DNA from: an uncultured Ignavibacteria bacterium
Lineage (GTDB): Bacteria; Zixibacteria; MSB-5A5; WJJR01
Assembly (NCBI GenBank): GCA_964593585.1
Contig: CAZQIZ010000009.1
Coordinates: 306 to 64,305 of the forward strand
Reading direction: 5' to 3'
Length of the DNA: 64,000 bases
Part shown: piece by piece, positions 1 through 9,511 of the stretch
How the letters are laid out: every line of letters begins with the position of its first letter
How positions within the stretch are numbered: the stretch's first letter is position 1
The notes under the pieces: model-generated
Databases searched by the model: none
What the model saw: only the letters and a program-made list of their open reading frames with translations
Told to the model about the DNA's origin: nothing
Made by a program: the position numbers and the translations under genes

Positions 1-35
1 TGAAGAGTCCTGCACCCTGGCCCAGGAGGTGGGTC

Positions 36-3000
36 GTGAAGTGTATCTGTACCAGCGGTCGAACTACCAAGGCGCGATGTCGTGGCCTGCTGGTAGTCTC
101 GACCCTGCTCGTCGCGTTCGCGCTGGTCTCCAACGCGTTCTCCGCTTCAGATCCGGAACCATCCCCGCTCTTCCAGCACAGTCTCAAAACCTCGATCGAA
201 AAATTTGAGGAGCCGAATGCCGCCGCCAAGCCCGCCTACCCGGCGAAGCAGGCCAGGCCGCATCCGGAGCAGGCCCCCAATCCCGGCGCCGCCGGTGCCA
301 AGATGGCGACACTCGACGGTACCTACACCTGCACTGGGACTCCCACATGTGACGGGACGGCCACCTGCACCGGCGAGATGACCTGCAACGGCGCGCCCGA
401 CTGTCTGCCGCCGACCATGCCGGGATTCCCGACCTGCATCGGCACCCAGAGTTGCGAGGGGACGACCACCTGTCCCGGCACCGCCTCGTGCGCCGGCACC
501 GCGTCGTGCGATGGCTCGACCACCTGCTCCGGCCAGCAGACCTGCCCCGGCACCACCACCTGCGAGGGCACGCTGACCTGTCCGGGCTCGACCACCTGCA
601 GTGACCAGCCGACGTGCGGCGACCAGCCGACCTGTCTGCATTTCCCGACCTGCAACATGCAGCCGACCTGCGATGGCAAGCCGACCTGTTACAACACGGC
701 CAGTTGCCATGGCTCGATCACCTGCGATGCCGCCACGCCGACCTGCGATCAATCGCCGACCTGCGGCGGCACCGCCACCTGTACCGCGGGCGCGACCTGC
801 GATGGCACCGCCACCTGCGGCGGCGTCTCCTGCGCGGCTGGCGGAGCGACCTGTCCCGGCTACGTCACCTGCTCCGGGTCGAATACATGCGATCCAACCG
901 GCCCGACCTGCGATGGTTCGCCCTCGTGTGATGCCACCGGCGCCACCTGTGCCGGCCATCCCACCTGTCCGGGCAGCACCACCTGCAGCACCGAGCCATC
1001 CTGCGACGGCACCGCATCGTGCGCGGCCACGGTCGCGACATGCCAGGGCACAGCCAGTTGTCCCGGCTGGGCCACCTGCCAGGGGAGTGTGACCTGCCTG
1101 GGGTCGACCGGCGCCACCTGCGACGGCAACCCGACATGCAAGGGCTACGCGACCTGTAACAACGCGACCACTTGCGTCGGCTATCCGTCTTGTCCGGGCA
1201 CCTACACCTGCGAAGGATATCACACCTGCGCGGGCGCGGCGACTTGCGCCAGCAATCAGACCTGTCCGGGCACGCCAACCTGCGATGGCACCACCACTTG
1301 CGGAGCCGGTCTGCCCACTTGCGGGACTGCGGCCACATGCAGTGGCCAGAACACGTGCAACGCCAGTCTGACTTGTCCGGGCTCCAATACCTGCACCGGC
1401 ACCCAGACTTGCGACGCACAAGCCAGTTGCCCCGGCAGCGCCACCTGCGCCGGACAACAGACCTGCGCCGGCACCGTGACCTGTCAGACCGCGGCGACAT
1501 GCAATGTCACCTGCAACACCACGGCAACATGCACCGGTTACAACACCTGCTCGTGGTCGAACACCTGCCCCGGCACACCGACCTGCTCGGATCTGCAGAC
1601 CTGCGCCAATCAGCCCACCTGTCCGGGCGGAGCGGCCACCTGCCAGGGCACCACGACCTGCCACAACATCACCTGTTCCGATGTGCCGACTTGTCCGGGT
1701 TATCAGACCTGCGAGGGCTCCTACACGTGCGTGGGCTCGCCGACCTGTCCGAATCAAGCGACCTGCACCGGCTTCCAGACCTGCGCCGGCACCCCGACCT
1801 GCGCGCCGCTGCACACGTGCGGCGGAGCGGCCACCTGCGCCGGCACCGCGACCTGTTCGCCCACATTGCTGACCTGCGCCGGCCAGTTCACCTGTGCTGG
1901 CTCGATCACCTGCGCCGATGTGGTGACTTGTCCGGGCACACAGACCTGTCTGGGGTCGATCTCGTGCGGCCATACGATCACCTGCGCAGCGCTGTCGACC
2001 TGCCCCGGTTCGCCGACCTGCAAGGGCGCGACAACCTGTAAGGGCCAGGTGACCTGCAAAGGCGCGGCCACCTGTATCGGCATGCCAAGTTGCCCGCAGT
2101 CGGTCAGTTGCGCGGTGGTGACCTGCTCGCCCAGCCCGACCTGTGGCCAGCATTTCTCCTGCTGGGGACAGGCGACCTGCGCCGGTCAAAACACCTGCGC
2201 CGGCAATCCGTCATGTTTGGGTGCGGTCTCGTGCATCAACGCCAAGACTTGCGCCGGCGTGGCGACCTGCCATGGCGCACTGACCTGCCCGGGCACTCAG
2301 ACCTGCAATGGCACCACCTGTCCGGGTTCGGCGACCTGTCCGGATTCATATTCGTGCAGCGGCTTCAATACCTGCTCCGGCAGTTCCACCTGCCCGGGCA
2401 GCCCAACTTGCTGCACGCCGACATCGCCGGGATGGCCGACCTGTGAAGGCACCACCACCTGCTCCGGCTTCATGCCGACCTGCGGCGCGTGGGGACCGAC
2501 CTGCACCAACTGGCAGACCTGCACCGGCATGCCGACCTGCGGCAAGACACCGACCTGCAGCGCGACCGGCGTGACCTGCACTTCGCAGCCGACCTGCTGC
2601 TGGACCGGCACCTGCCAGGGCTCGCCGACCTGCGTCAATCAACCGACCTGCGACTTCGCCACCTGCGAAGGCAGCGTGACCTGCTTCGGCGCCTACACCT
2701 GTCAGGGCAACGTCACCTGCGAAGGCGGCGCGACTTGTCACTACTCGACCACCTGTGAGGGCTACCACACCTGCCCGAACAGCCCGACCTGCGACCATCA
2801 GGCGACCTGCGCCGGATTCACGACCTGCGTCGGCACCACGACCTGCGATGGGCCGACCTGCAACGGCACGATCTCCTGCGCCGGCACGCCGACCTGTCCC
2901 GGTCAGGCCACCTGCGCGCACACCGCGACCTGCTGGGATACGCACTCCTGCCAGGGCAACGTGACCTGTCCGGGCACAAGCACCTGCCAGGCGGCCACCT

Positions 3001-3335
3001 GCGCCGGCACCGCGACCTGCGGCGGCTACTTCACCTGCGGCCAGGCGGCCTGTGTGGCGACCTGCGTGTGCACCTGCCACGGCGACGCCAACTGCGACGG
3101 CGTCAAGGTGGATGTGCGCGACGTGGTCATTGCCATCAACATCGCCTTCCGCGGTACGCCTTCAACCTGTGATCCAGGTTGCCCGGCCGAACGCACCGAC
3201 GTCAACTGCGATGGCGTGAGCAACGTCGTCGACGTCGTCAAGATGGCCACCGTCGCCTTCCGCGGCGGCGACCCGGCCGTCGAGTTCTGCAACCCGTGCG
3301 ACACCGCGCCGCCAGGCGGCTCGACCTGCAATTAG
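36..3335 (+). CDS. Secreted 1099-aa Cys/Thr heptad-repeat protein (~130 imperfect x-G-x-x-T-C-x repeats) ending in the shared dockerin-like Cys-containing C-terminal module
   Basis: GTG start at 36 preceded by AGGAGGT (24-30). N-terminal signal peptide LLVVSTLLVAFALVSNAFSA. Residues ~95-1005 have Cys spaced every 6-7 residues (TCPGTAS-CAGTAS-CDGSTT-C...), with a matching 21-nt periodicity of ...acctgc... in the DNA. C-terminus CHGDANCDGVKVDVRDVVIAINIAFRG...TDVNCDGVSNVVDVVKMATVAFRGGDPAVEFCNPC has two D-x-N-x-D-G loops each followed by a helix, and is shared with five other proteins in the window. TAG stop followed by a terminator hairpin. Confidence 0.8.
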   Translation: MKCICTSGRTTKARCRGLLVVSTLLVAFALVSNAFSASDPEPSPLFQHSLKTSIEKFEEPNAAAKPAYPAKQARPHPEQAPNPGAAGAKMATLDGTYTCTGTPTCDGTATCTGEMTCNGAPDCLPPTMPGFPTCIGTQSCEGTTTCPGTASCAGTASCDGSTTCSGQQTCPGTTTCEGTLTCPGSTTCSDQPTCGDQPTCLHFPTCNMQPTCDGKPTCYNTASCHGSITCDAATPTCDQSPTCGGTATCTAGATCDGTATCGGVSCAAGGATCPGYVTCSGSNTCDPTGPTCDGSPSCDATGATCAGHPTCPGSTTCSTEPSCDGTASCAATVATCQGTASCPGWATCQGSVTCLGSTGATCDGNPTCKGYATCNNATTCVGYPSCPGTYTCEGYHTCAGAATCASNQTCPGTPTCDGTTTCGAGLPTCGTAATCSGQNTCNASLTCPGSNTCTGTQTCDAQASCPGSATCAGQQTCAGTVTCQTAATCNVTCNTTATCTGYNTCSWSNTCPGTPTCSDLQTCANQPTCPGGAATCQGTTTCHNITCSDVPTCPGYQTCEGSYTCVGSPTCPNQATCTGFQTCAGTPTCAPLHTCGGAATCAGTATCSPTLLTCAGQFTCAGSITCADVVTCPGTQTCLGSISCGHTITCAALSTCPGSPTCKGATTCKGQVTCKGAATCIGMPSCPQSVSCAVVTCSPSPTCGQHFSCWGQATCAGQNTCAGNPSCLGAVSCINAKTCAGVATCHGALTCPGTQTCNGTTCPGSATCPDSYSCSGFNTCSGSSTCPGSPTCCTPTSPGWPTCEGTTTCSGFMPTCGAWGPTCTNWQTCTGMPTCGKTPTCSATGVTCTSQPTCCWTGTCQGSPTCVNQPTCDFATCEGSVTCFGAYTCQGNVTCEGGATCHYSTTCEGYHTCPNSPTCDHQATCAGFTTCVGTTTCDGPTCNGTISCAGTPTCPGQATCAHTATCWDTHSCQGNVTCPGTSTCQAATCAGTATCGGYFTCGQAACVATCVCTCHGDANCDGVKVDVRDVVIAINIAFRGTPSTCDPGCPAERTDVNCDGVSNVVDVVKMATVAFRGGDPAVEFCNPCDTAPPGGSTCN

Positions 3336-3355
3336 TTCGCTTTGACATGCTCGTC

Positions 3356-3396
3356 CCGAGCGGGGAGTCGCACGACTCCCCGCTCGTTTTTTTTTG
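3356..3396 (+). terminator. Rho-independent terminator (GC stem gagcggggagtcg / cgactccccgctc followed by T9)
   Basis: Perfect 13-bp inverted repeat with a 3-nt loop, followed by ttttttttt, immediately downstream of the stop at 3335. Confidence 0.65.
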
Positions 3397-3494
3397 CGCC
3401 GTCGCCGCGCCCGAGTTTTTCTCTTGTTGATCCCCGACGCGCGCCGCTCCTTGATGCGACGGCGGAGGAGACCCGGCCGCATCGAGGAACAAAC

Positions 3495-4337
3495 ATGACC
3501 AATCGCAGCGAACCGGAAGATCACTGGTGGGAACGCTCCCGCTCCTACATCCGCGCCTACGAGGACCTCGAATTCCTCCGCCAGGATGAACTGCGCCCCG
3601 TGCGGCTGCAACTCGAACTGCTCAAGCCGGAGCTGACCCTCCAGAAGCACCGCATTCGCTCCACCATCGTGGTCTTCGGCGGCACGCGCATTTGGGAGAA
3701 ACCGGATGCCGAACGGCGTCTGTCGGAGCTGGACGCGCAATTGAAGGAGCATCCGAAGGACCCGCGGTTGCGCACGCTCCGCAAGGCGGCGGAACGGCTG
3801 CTGTCGCTGTCGCGCTTCTACGACGAGGCGCGCAAGTTCGGACGGATCGTCTCCGAGGCCAACCGCAGCGATGGCTCCGTCGACTATGTGATCGTCACCG
3901 GCGGCGGCCCCGGCATCATGGAGGCGGCCAACCGCGGCGCCTATGACGTCGGCGCCGAGTCGATCGGCTTCAACATCACGCTCCCCCACGAGCAGCGGCC
4001 CAATCACTACATCACGCCCGACCTCTGCTTCCAGTTCCGCTACTTCGCCATCCGCAAGATGCACTTCCTCCTGCGCGCCAAGGCGCTGGTGGCCTTCCCC
4101 GGCGGCTATGGCACCATGGACGAGCTCTTCGAGGCGCTCACGTTGGTGCAGACCCAGAAGGTTCCGCCCTTGCCGGTGGTGCTGATGGGACGCGAGTTTT
4201 GGAAGGATGTCCTCGACTTCGACGCGCTGGTCGAAAACGGCGTCATCGACCCTGAGGACAAGGACCTCTTCATCTACGCCGAAACCGCCGAAGAGGCCTG
4301 GGACTACATCCGCGAATTCCGCGCCAATCAGACGTAG
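3495..4337 (+). CDS. LOG-family protein (TIGR00730-type Rossmann nucleotide-binding protein; putative cytokinin-riboside 5-prime-monophosphate phosphoribohydrolase / nucleotide nucleosidase)
   Basis: ATG at 3495 with GAGGA RBS. Motifs VTGGGPGIMEAANRGA (GGGxGxM) and FPGGYGTMDELFE (PGGxGTxxE) are diagnostic of the LOG family. The longer ORF-track version starting at 3342 runs through the upstream terminator and is unlikely. Confidence 0.8.
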   Translation: MTNRSEPEDHWWERSRSYIRAYEDLEFLRQDELRPVRLQLELLKPELTLQKHRIRSTIVVFGGTRIWEKPDAERRLSELDAQLKEHPKDPRLRTLRKAAERLLSLSRFYDEARKFGRIVSEANRSDGSVDYVIVTGGGPGIMEAANRGAYDVGAESIGFNITLPHEQRPNHYITPDLCFQFRYFAIRKMHFLLRAKALVAFPGGYGTMDELFEALTLVQTQKVPPLPVVLMGREFWKDVLDFDALVENGVIDPEDKDLFIYAETAEEAWDYIREFRANQT

Positions 4338-4518
4338 TAGTCATTATCATCCGCGACCTCGTATTTGCGCCACGCATCTGTCATTTCAGACCGTTCGCGG
4401 CGCCCCGTGCCGCGAACGGTTTGCTGGCTTTGCCTTTCAGGAGGACAGACATTCTTGTCTGTCCATCGCCGCGTGATGCGGGTCCGTTTTTATGACCCGC
4501 CGAACGAGGCGATACGCA

Positions 4519-4618
4519 CGGCAGGGATGCCCGTCCGCGCCATGCCGTTCCCGATCGCGCGGCAAAAAAGCGCCCCGCAATCGGGAACGGCAGGTCAGAC
4601 AAGAATGTCCGACCTCCT
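4519..4618. repeat. Copy 1 of a ~100-bp structured direct repeat (internal inverted arms gccgttcccgatcgcg / cgcaatcgggaacggc around cggcaaaaaagcgcccc)
   Basis: About 95% identical to 5679-5777. Sits in a hairpin-dense intergenic region (4340-4730) that also contains accgttcgcggc/gccgcgaacggt and ggacagaca-ttct-tgtctgtcc hairpins. Confidence 0.6.
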
Positions 4619-4731
4619 CATCAAGGGCCAATGTCGCCTTCGCTCCGCCATCTCGCCGCCAGCTTGACAAACAGGAGCGGGTGTCATACTCTTTCATTGT
4701 AAGCGGCCCGCCATTTGTCCTCGGAGGAAAC

Positions 4732-5657
4732 ATGTCGTTCTTCAGGACCCTCTTCGCGTCCGCGATTCTCGTCGCCATGGTGGTTCATCCCGCGTTCGCC
4801 GACAATTCCATCGTCGTCGAGTCCCGTACCTTCGCGCCTGGACAGACCGTCTGCACCGTCGGCGTCTTCGTTTCCAATGAGGTCCCGATTGTCGGCATGG
4901 TCTTCCAACTCGAGGCTCGCGCGGTCTCCGGAGGCGCCTACTTCGTCGGCCCGGTAGGTTCATCATTCTTCCAAGTGCGGGCCGGCGCACGCGTGGATGC
5001 GTCTCCGCTGGGTTCGGCCGACCCGTTGGGGCGTTGGCCGGAAGCATTGTGCACACGCCGCCGTTTCGCCACGCCGGCCGCGACCAACAGTTGCAGCGGC
5101 CCGGTGTCGAGCACATGGGCAACCCCGACCGCCTCGGTCGACGGCATCAGCCCGGACCCCGTCGAGTACGCACCGTCAGCGTTGCCGATCCGCAGGCGGA
5201 TGAGGAGTATGCCCTGGCGGCCGGAGCCGATCCCGCCACCCGCGACAGCGCGTCCTTCTTCTTTGTTTTCGATGTGAACACGAACATCGGTTGCTTCGAG
5301 ATCGACTCCTGCTGCACCACGCCGGCCAATCACATCGCCTTCGTCGATGAATTCACCAATGCCATCGTGCCGTCTTTCACCAAGGGCACGATCTGCATTT
5401 CCGGCTGCTTCTGCGAGTGCCATGGCAATCCCGCCGTGGCAAGCAATCCGAACATCGATGTTCTCGATGTCGTTTACACCCTCTACGTCGCCTTTCGAGG
5501 GCAATCGAGTATCCCGGATACCAGCCCCGTGTGCCCGGTGAATGCCACCGACGTGGACTGCAATGGCCACAGCGATGTCATTGATGTCATCAAGATGATT
5601 GACGTGGCCTTCCGCTCCGCCGACCCGGCCTCGGTCTTCTGCGACCCCTGCCCTTGA
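4732..5657 (+). pseudogene. Secreted small protein with the dockerin-like C-terminal module, split by an apparent frameshift (N-terminal part in frame of 4732, C-terminal part in frame of 5034)
   Basis: ATG at 4732 with GGAGGA RBS and signal peptide MSFFRTLFASAILVAMVVHPAFA. The plausible protein sequence continues in a different frame from ~5150 on (TVSVADPQADEEYALAAGADP...CFCECHGNP...DVDCNGHSDVIDVIKMIDVAFRSADPASVFCDPCP) and ends at 5657. The frame-1 ORF degenerates into Arg/Pro-rich sequence before its stop at 5277. The shift is somewhere in 5000-5180. Confidence 0.45.
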
Positions 5658-5678
5658 CCGGTGACGCGAATAATCGTT

Positions 5679-5777
5679 GCGGCAGGGATGCCCGTCCGCG
5701 TAATGCCGTTCCCGATCGCGGGGCAAAAAAGCGCCCCGCAATCGGGAACGGCAGGTCAGACAGGAATGTCTGATCTC
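5679..5777. repeat. Copy 2 of the ~100-bp structured direct repeat
   Basis: gcggcagggatgcccgtccgcg..atgccgttcccgatcgcg.ggcaaaaaagcgccccgcaatcgggaacggcaggtcagaca.gaatgtc matches 4519-4618 with ~5 mismatches. Same orientation; the two copies flank the frameshifted gene. Confidence 0.6.
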
Positions 5778-5925
5778 CTATGAGAAACTTCTTTTCAATT
5801 GGGTCGCGGCGTCTTGTGCCGCGACCGGCTTGGAATCTTTGTTCCCCCGACCGCTTGCCAAATCCGCAAAATCCCGTACCTTGCGGAGTGATTTGCTCGT
5901 TTTACTTCACACAGACGGACTGCGA

Positions 5926-8631
5926 ATGACAATCAAACGTGTATTGCTGACCGCCGGCGCGCTGCTCGGCGTGGCCATCGTGTACCTGTCCCTGACCCAG
6001 CGCGAGCGCACTTCGCCCTCGCGCGCCTACTTCACCATGGTGCATGACTTTGTCGCCCAACGCGGCAAGGTTCCCAAGGCCAAGGCCCGTCCCAACGACT
6101 GGTTCTACCTCCAACGCGCCTGGCCGGGAGACGATGTCCCCGTCGAGGCGCGCATGAAGGCGAAGAACAAGGCGCTCGACCTCCAGCGCGCGTCCGCCGC
6201 CAAGGACGCCCAAACCGCGCCGGTCTGGTCCGATGCCGGACCGACCAACATCCCCGGACGGGTCGTCGACCTTGCCATCAATCCCTACAACTCCAGCATC
6301 GTCTTCGCCGCCTCGGCCGCCGGCGGTGTGTTCAAGTCAATCGATGGCGGCAACAATTGGACGCCGATCTTCGATGACCCCGGGCCGCAGCCGATGGGCG
6401 CGATCGCGATCCACCCGATCAACGACAACATCCTCTATGCCGGCACCGGCGAAGCCAACGCCGCCACCGACAACTACGAGGGCACCGGCATCTACAAGAC
6501 CATCGACGGCGGCGCATCCTGGACCCTGGTGGGCCTGCCCAACAGCTACAGCATCGGCCGCATCGTCATCGATCCCCTCCGCCCCGAAACCGTCTATGTC
6601 GCCGTCGCCGGACGCATGTTCGGCACCAATCCCGAACGCGGCCTCTACCGCTCGCAAAACGGCGGCGCCAGTTGGGAGCAATTGCTCTACATCAACGACA
6701 CCACCGGCTGCATCGATGTCGCCTTCCATGCCTCCACCGGCACCATTCTCGCCGGCATGTGGCAGCGCTGGCGCAATCCAATGCAACGGCAGGCGGGGGG
6801 ATGGTCGACCGCGATCTGGCGCTCGACCGACTTCGGCGCAAACTGGACGAAGCTCAATGGCGGTGTGACCCCCGGATTCGGATTGCCGGCGCCGTCGGCG
6901 ATCCTCGGACGCATCGGCCTGGCACTGACGCAAAACTCCGAGACCGTCTACGCGATGTTCGATGAGCATCCCGGCAACTTCGCCGGCATCTACCGCAGCG
7001 ATGACCTCGGCGGTTTCTGGTCGCGTGTCAACGATGCCGCCTTGAGCGGCTTTACCGGCGGATTCGGGTGGTATTTTGGCCAGATCCGCTGCCACCCCGG
7101 CGATCCCGAGGTGGTCTTCGCGCTCGGTGTGCCGCTCTACAAATCCGTCGACGGCGGCGCCTCCTGGAGTGAGATGGCCGGCAACATCCACGTCGATTTC
7201 CACGCGCTCGCTTTCAGCCCCACCAACAGCAACCAGATCTACCTCGGGGGCGACGGCGGCGTGGCCTACAGCGCCGACGGCGGCAACAACTTCACGCCGC
7301 GCGCCAACATGGGCAATTCGCAGTTCTATGCCATGACCATCGACAAACTCAATCCCGAACGTCTCTACGGCGGCACGCAGGACAACGGCACCCTGCGCAC
7401 GCTCACCGGCGCGCTCAACGATTGGGATCACATCCTCGGCGGAGATGGTTTCTACACCGTGGTCGATTTCACCAATTCCAACGTCATCTACGCCGAATTC
7501 CAGAACGGCTACCTGCTGAAATCCCCCGACCTCGGCGCGAATTTCTACTACGCCATGAACGGCATCGACTATAACAATGACCGACACAACTGGTCGACGC
7601 CCTTTGAGATGGCGCCCTACAACAACAATGTTCTCTACTACGGTTCCCATCGGCTGTATAAGACCAGCGATGGCGCCGCCAATTGGGCGCCGATCTCCGG
7701 CGATCTGACCGATGGCGATGATCCCGGCAACCTCGCCTTCGGCACCATCACCACCATTGGCGTGTCGCCCAACACGCCGGGCGTCGTCTACGTTGGCACT
7801 GACGACGCCAATATCTGGGTGACGCAGAATGACGGCGGCAACTGGACGAATATCACAGCCGGACTGCCCAACCGCTGGGTCACGCGCCTGACCGTCCACC
7901 CGACCAATCCCGCCATCGCCTATGTGACCCTCTCCGGTTACAAACTCGCCGACCATGAGGCGCACATTTACCGGACCAGCAACTATGGCGCGGCCTGGAC
8001 ACCGATCGCCGGCAACCTCTTCGATGCGCCGATCAACGATGTTGTCATCGATCCCGACTATCCCGATTCAGCGCTCTACATCGGCACCGACTATGGCGTC
8101 TACATGACTCATGACGGCGGCCAGAACTGGATCCCGCTCGATCAGGGGATGCCGCTTTTGACCCCCGTCCACGACATCGATTTCCATCAGGGCACGCGCA
8201 AGCTCGTCGCCGGCACCCATGGCCGCTCGATGTTCAAGACCACCGTTGCCTGCCCCGACGTAGTCGATGCCGACGGCGACAATGTCATGGATTTCTGCGA
8301 CAATTGCCCGGCCGCGAGCAATCCCGGTCAGGAGGATGCGGACGCCGATGGCATCGGCGACGCCTGCGAGGCCTGCGCCTGCGCCTGCCATGCCGATCCG
8401 CTCTGCGATGGCATCCGCAACAACGTGCAGGATGTCGTGCTCAGTGTCAGTGTCGCGTTCCGCGGCGCGGCCATCGCTCCCGATCCCAGCCCGACCTGTC
8501 CGCGCGAACCCACCGACGTGAACTGCGACGGCGTCACCGGGGTGGTCGATGTCGTCAAGATCGTCAATGTGGCGTTCCGTGGGGCCAACCCGCTCACGGA
8601 ATACTGCAACCCGTGCCCGCCGACTTCCTGA
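5926..8631 (+). CDS. Secreted BNR/Asp-box repeat beta-propeller protein (sortilin/Ycf48/GH74-like) with thrombospondin-type-3-like Ca-binding repeats and the shared dockerin-like C-terminal module
   Basis: At least 9 S-x-D-x-G-x-x-W Asp-boxes (SIDGGNNWT, TIDGGASWT, SQNGGASWE, STDFGANWT, SVDGGASWS, SADGGNNFT, TSDGAANWA, QNDGGNWT, TSNYGAAWT). DADGDNVMDFCDNCPAASNPGQEDADADGIGDACE repeats. C-terminus CACACHADPLCDG...TDVNCDGVTGVVDVVKIVNVAFRGANPLTEYCNPCP. Start set at ATG 5926 (MTIKRVLLTAGALLGVAIVYLSL signal/anchor); an upstream in-frame ATG at 5830 is possible. Confidence 0.75.
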   Translation: MTIKRVLLTAGALLGVAIVYLSLTQRERTSPSRAYFTMVHDFVAQRGKVPKAKARPNDWFYLQRAWPGDDVPVEARMKAKNKALDLQRASAAKDAQTAPVWSDAGPTNIPGRVVDLAINPYNSSIVFAASAAGGVFKSIDGGNNWTPIFDDPGPQPMGAIAIHPINDNILYAGTGEANAATDNYEGTGIYKTIDGGASWTLVGLPNSYSIGRIVIDPLRPETVYVAVAGRMFGTNPERGLYRSQNGGASWEQLLYINDTTGCIDVAFHASTGTILAGMWQRWRNPMQRQAGGWSTAIWRSTDFGANWTKLNGGVTPGFGLPAPSAILGRIGLALTQNSETVYAMFDEHPGNFAGIYRSDDLGGFWSRVNDAALSGFTGGFGWYFGQIRCHPGDPEVVFALGVPLYKSVDGGASWSEMAGNIHVDFHALAFSPTNSNQIYLGGDGGVAYSADGGNNFTPRANMGNSQFYAMTIDKLNPERLYGGTQDNGTLRTLTGALNDWDHILGGDGFYTVVDFTNSNVIYAEFQNGYLLKSPDLGANFYYAMNGIDYNNDRHNWSTPFEMAPYNNNVLYYGSHRLYKTSDGAANWAPISGDLTDGDDPGNLAFGTITTIGVSPNTPGVVYVGTDDANIWVTQNDGGNWTNITAGLPNRWVTRLTVHPTNPAIAYVTLSGYKLADHEAHIYRTSNYGAAWTPIAGNLFDAPINDVVIDPDYPDSALYIGTDYGVYMTHDGGQNWIPLDQGMPLLTPVHDIDFHQGTRKLVAGTHGRSMFKTTVACPDVVDADGDNVMDFCDNCPAASNPGQEDADADGIGDACEACACACHADPLCDGIRNNVQDVVLSVSVAFRGAAIAPDPSPTCPREPTDVNCDGVTGVVDVVKIVNVAFRGANPLTEYCNPCPPTS

Positions 8632-8814
8632 TGAGTCGCTGGACAATGTGGCAGGCGCACGATGCCGGCTCATCCCGCCCGGGATGGGCCGGCTCGTTTT
8701 TGGCTGTTTACTATCTGCCCTCCGCGCTATCTTGCGGCGGTAATCGAATCGACATCTGCACTTCCGCGCATCGGAAGCTTGTGCGCCGTTTCGCAAATAG
8801 GCTGGAGAGAGACC

Positions 8815-9417
8815 ATGGCCACAATCCACAACGCGGTTGTCACGATCAGTCTCGGACTCGGAATCGCGCTGCTCGCGCCGCGCGGCGCCGCGGCGCAGGC
8901 GCCGCCGATTCTTCAGCCCTGCCCCTGCCTGCTGGCCCAGGGGCCGGGCGGCCTCCCTGCCGAATCGCTCGCCCTACGTCTCGATACGCTACCCGGCTAT
9001 GTCTCCCCAGACAAGGCGTTCAATTACTCACTGTTGGGGACCGTACTCCCCGTGGCGACGCTGGTCGCGGCCTACCCCGGCTTCCTGTTTGGACCATCGC
9101 TCGGCTACTTCCATGCCGGTCAGCCGGGACGCGCCTGGACCGGCATCGGCATTCGCGCGCTGGCCACCGGCGGGATGGTCTCCGCCTTTGTGATCTGCGG
9201 CTGGGACTGCGGGGAGGGAGACTCGGCCTACAACATTGCGTGGGTCGTCTTTCTGGCCTCCGGCGGTACATTCATCGGCTCAGCGATCTATGACATCGCC
9301 ACCGTCAAGGGCGCGGTCCGCCGGCAGAACGAACGCCTCAAAGTCGCCTGGTCGATTTCACCGCGCTACGCGGCCAGCAGGGGAGAAGTGGGCCTGCAAT
9401 TGCGACTGACGTTTTAG
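8815..9417 (+). CDS. Hypothetical secreted/membrane protein (~200 aa)
   Basis: ATG at 8815 after GGAGAGAG. N-terminal signal-like hydrophobic segment, then a further hydrophobic Gly-rich region. No recognisable family. The ORF-track version starts earlier, inside the preceding gene tail. Confidence 0.4.
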   Translation: MATIHNAVVTISLGLGIALLAPRGAAAQAPPILQPCPCLLAQGPGGLPAESLALRLDTLPGYVSPDKAFNYSLLGTVLPVATLVAAYPGFLFGPSLGYFHAGQPGRAWTGIGIRALATGGMVSAFVICGWDCGEGDSAYNIAWVVFLASGGTFIGSAIYDIATVKGAVRRQNERLKVAWSISPRYAASRGEVGLQLRLTF

Positions 9418-9511
9418 TGAGACTTCGTCAGTACACCACTCCCACATTGTCACCCCGAGCGCAGCGAGGGGTCTGCTCTTTGCTCTCCCATTATCACCCG
9501 CTCGTCAAAGC

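Noticed and set aside
147-2189. 680-aa Gly/Ala/Arg-rich ORF antisense to the Cys/Thr repeat gene, plus smaller nested ORFs on both strands in 323-3080
   Set aside because: Mirror image of the 21-nt repeat in GC-rich DNA. No RBS, no signal peptide, no domain; the sense frame has RBS, signal peptide and a C-terminal module shared with other proteins.
3342-3494. Longer N-terminal extension of the LOG-family gene (track ORF from 3342)
   Set aside because: The extension overlaps the upstream rho-independent terminator and lacks an RBS; ATG at 3495 has a GAGGA RBS and gives a protein of typical LOG length.
6337-7965. 542-aa antisense ORF inside the BNR propeller gene; similarly 12164-13072(-), 14299-15474(-), 15601-16098(-) and 16685-16996(-) inside the FG-GAP, cytochrome and propeller genes
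   Set aside because: Long stop-free antisense frames expected at ~67% GC. Products are low-complexity Gly/Ala/Arg/Val-rich; sense-strand genes have clear domain motifs.
8068-8829. 253-aa minus-strand ORF overlapping the 3-prime end of the BNR gene and the start of the 8815 gene
   Set aside because: Overlaps the conserved C-terminal module coding region on the opposite strand; no RBS; low-complexity product.
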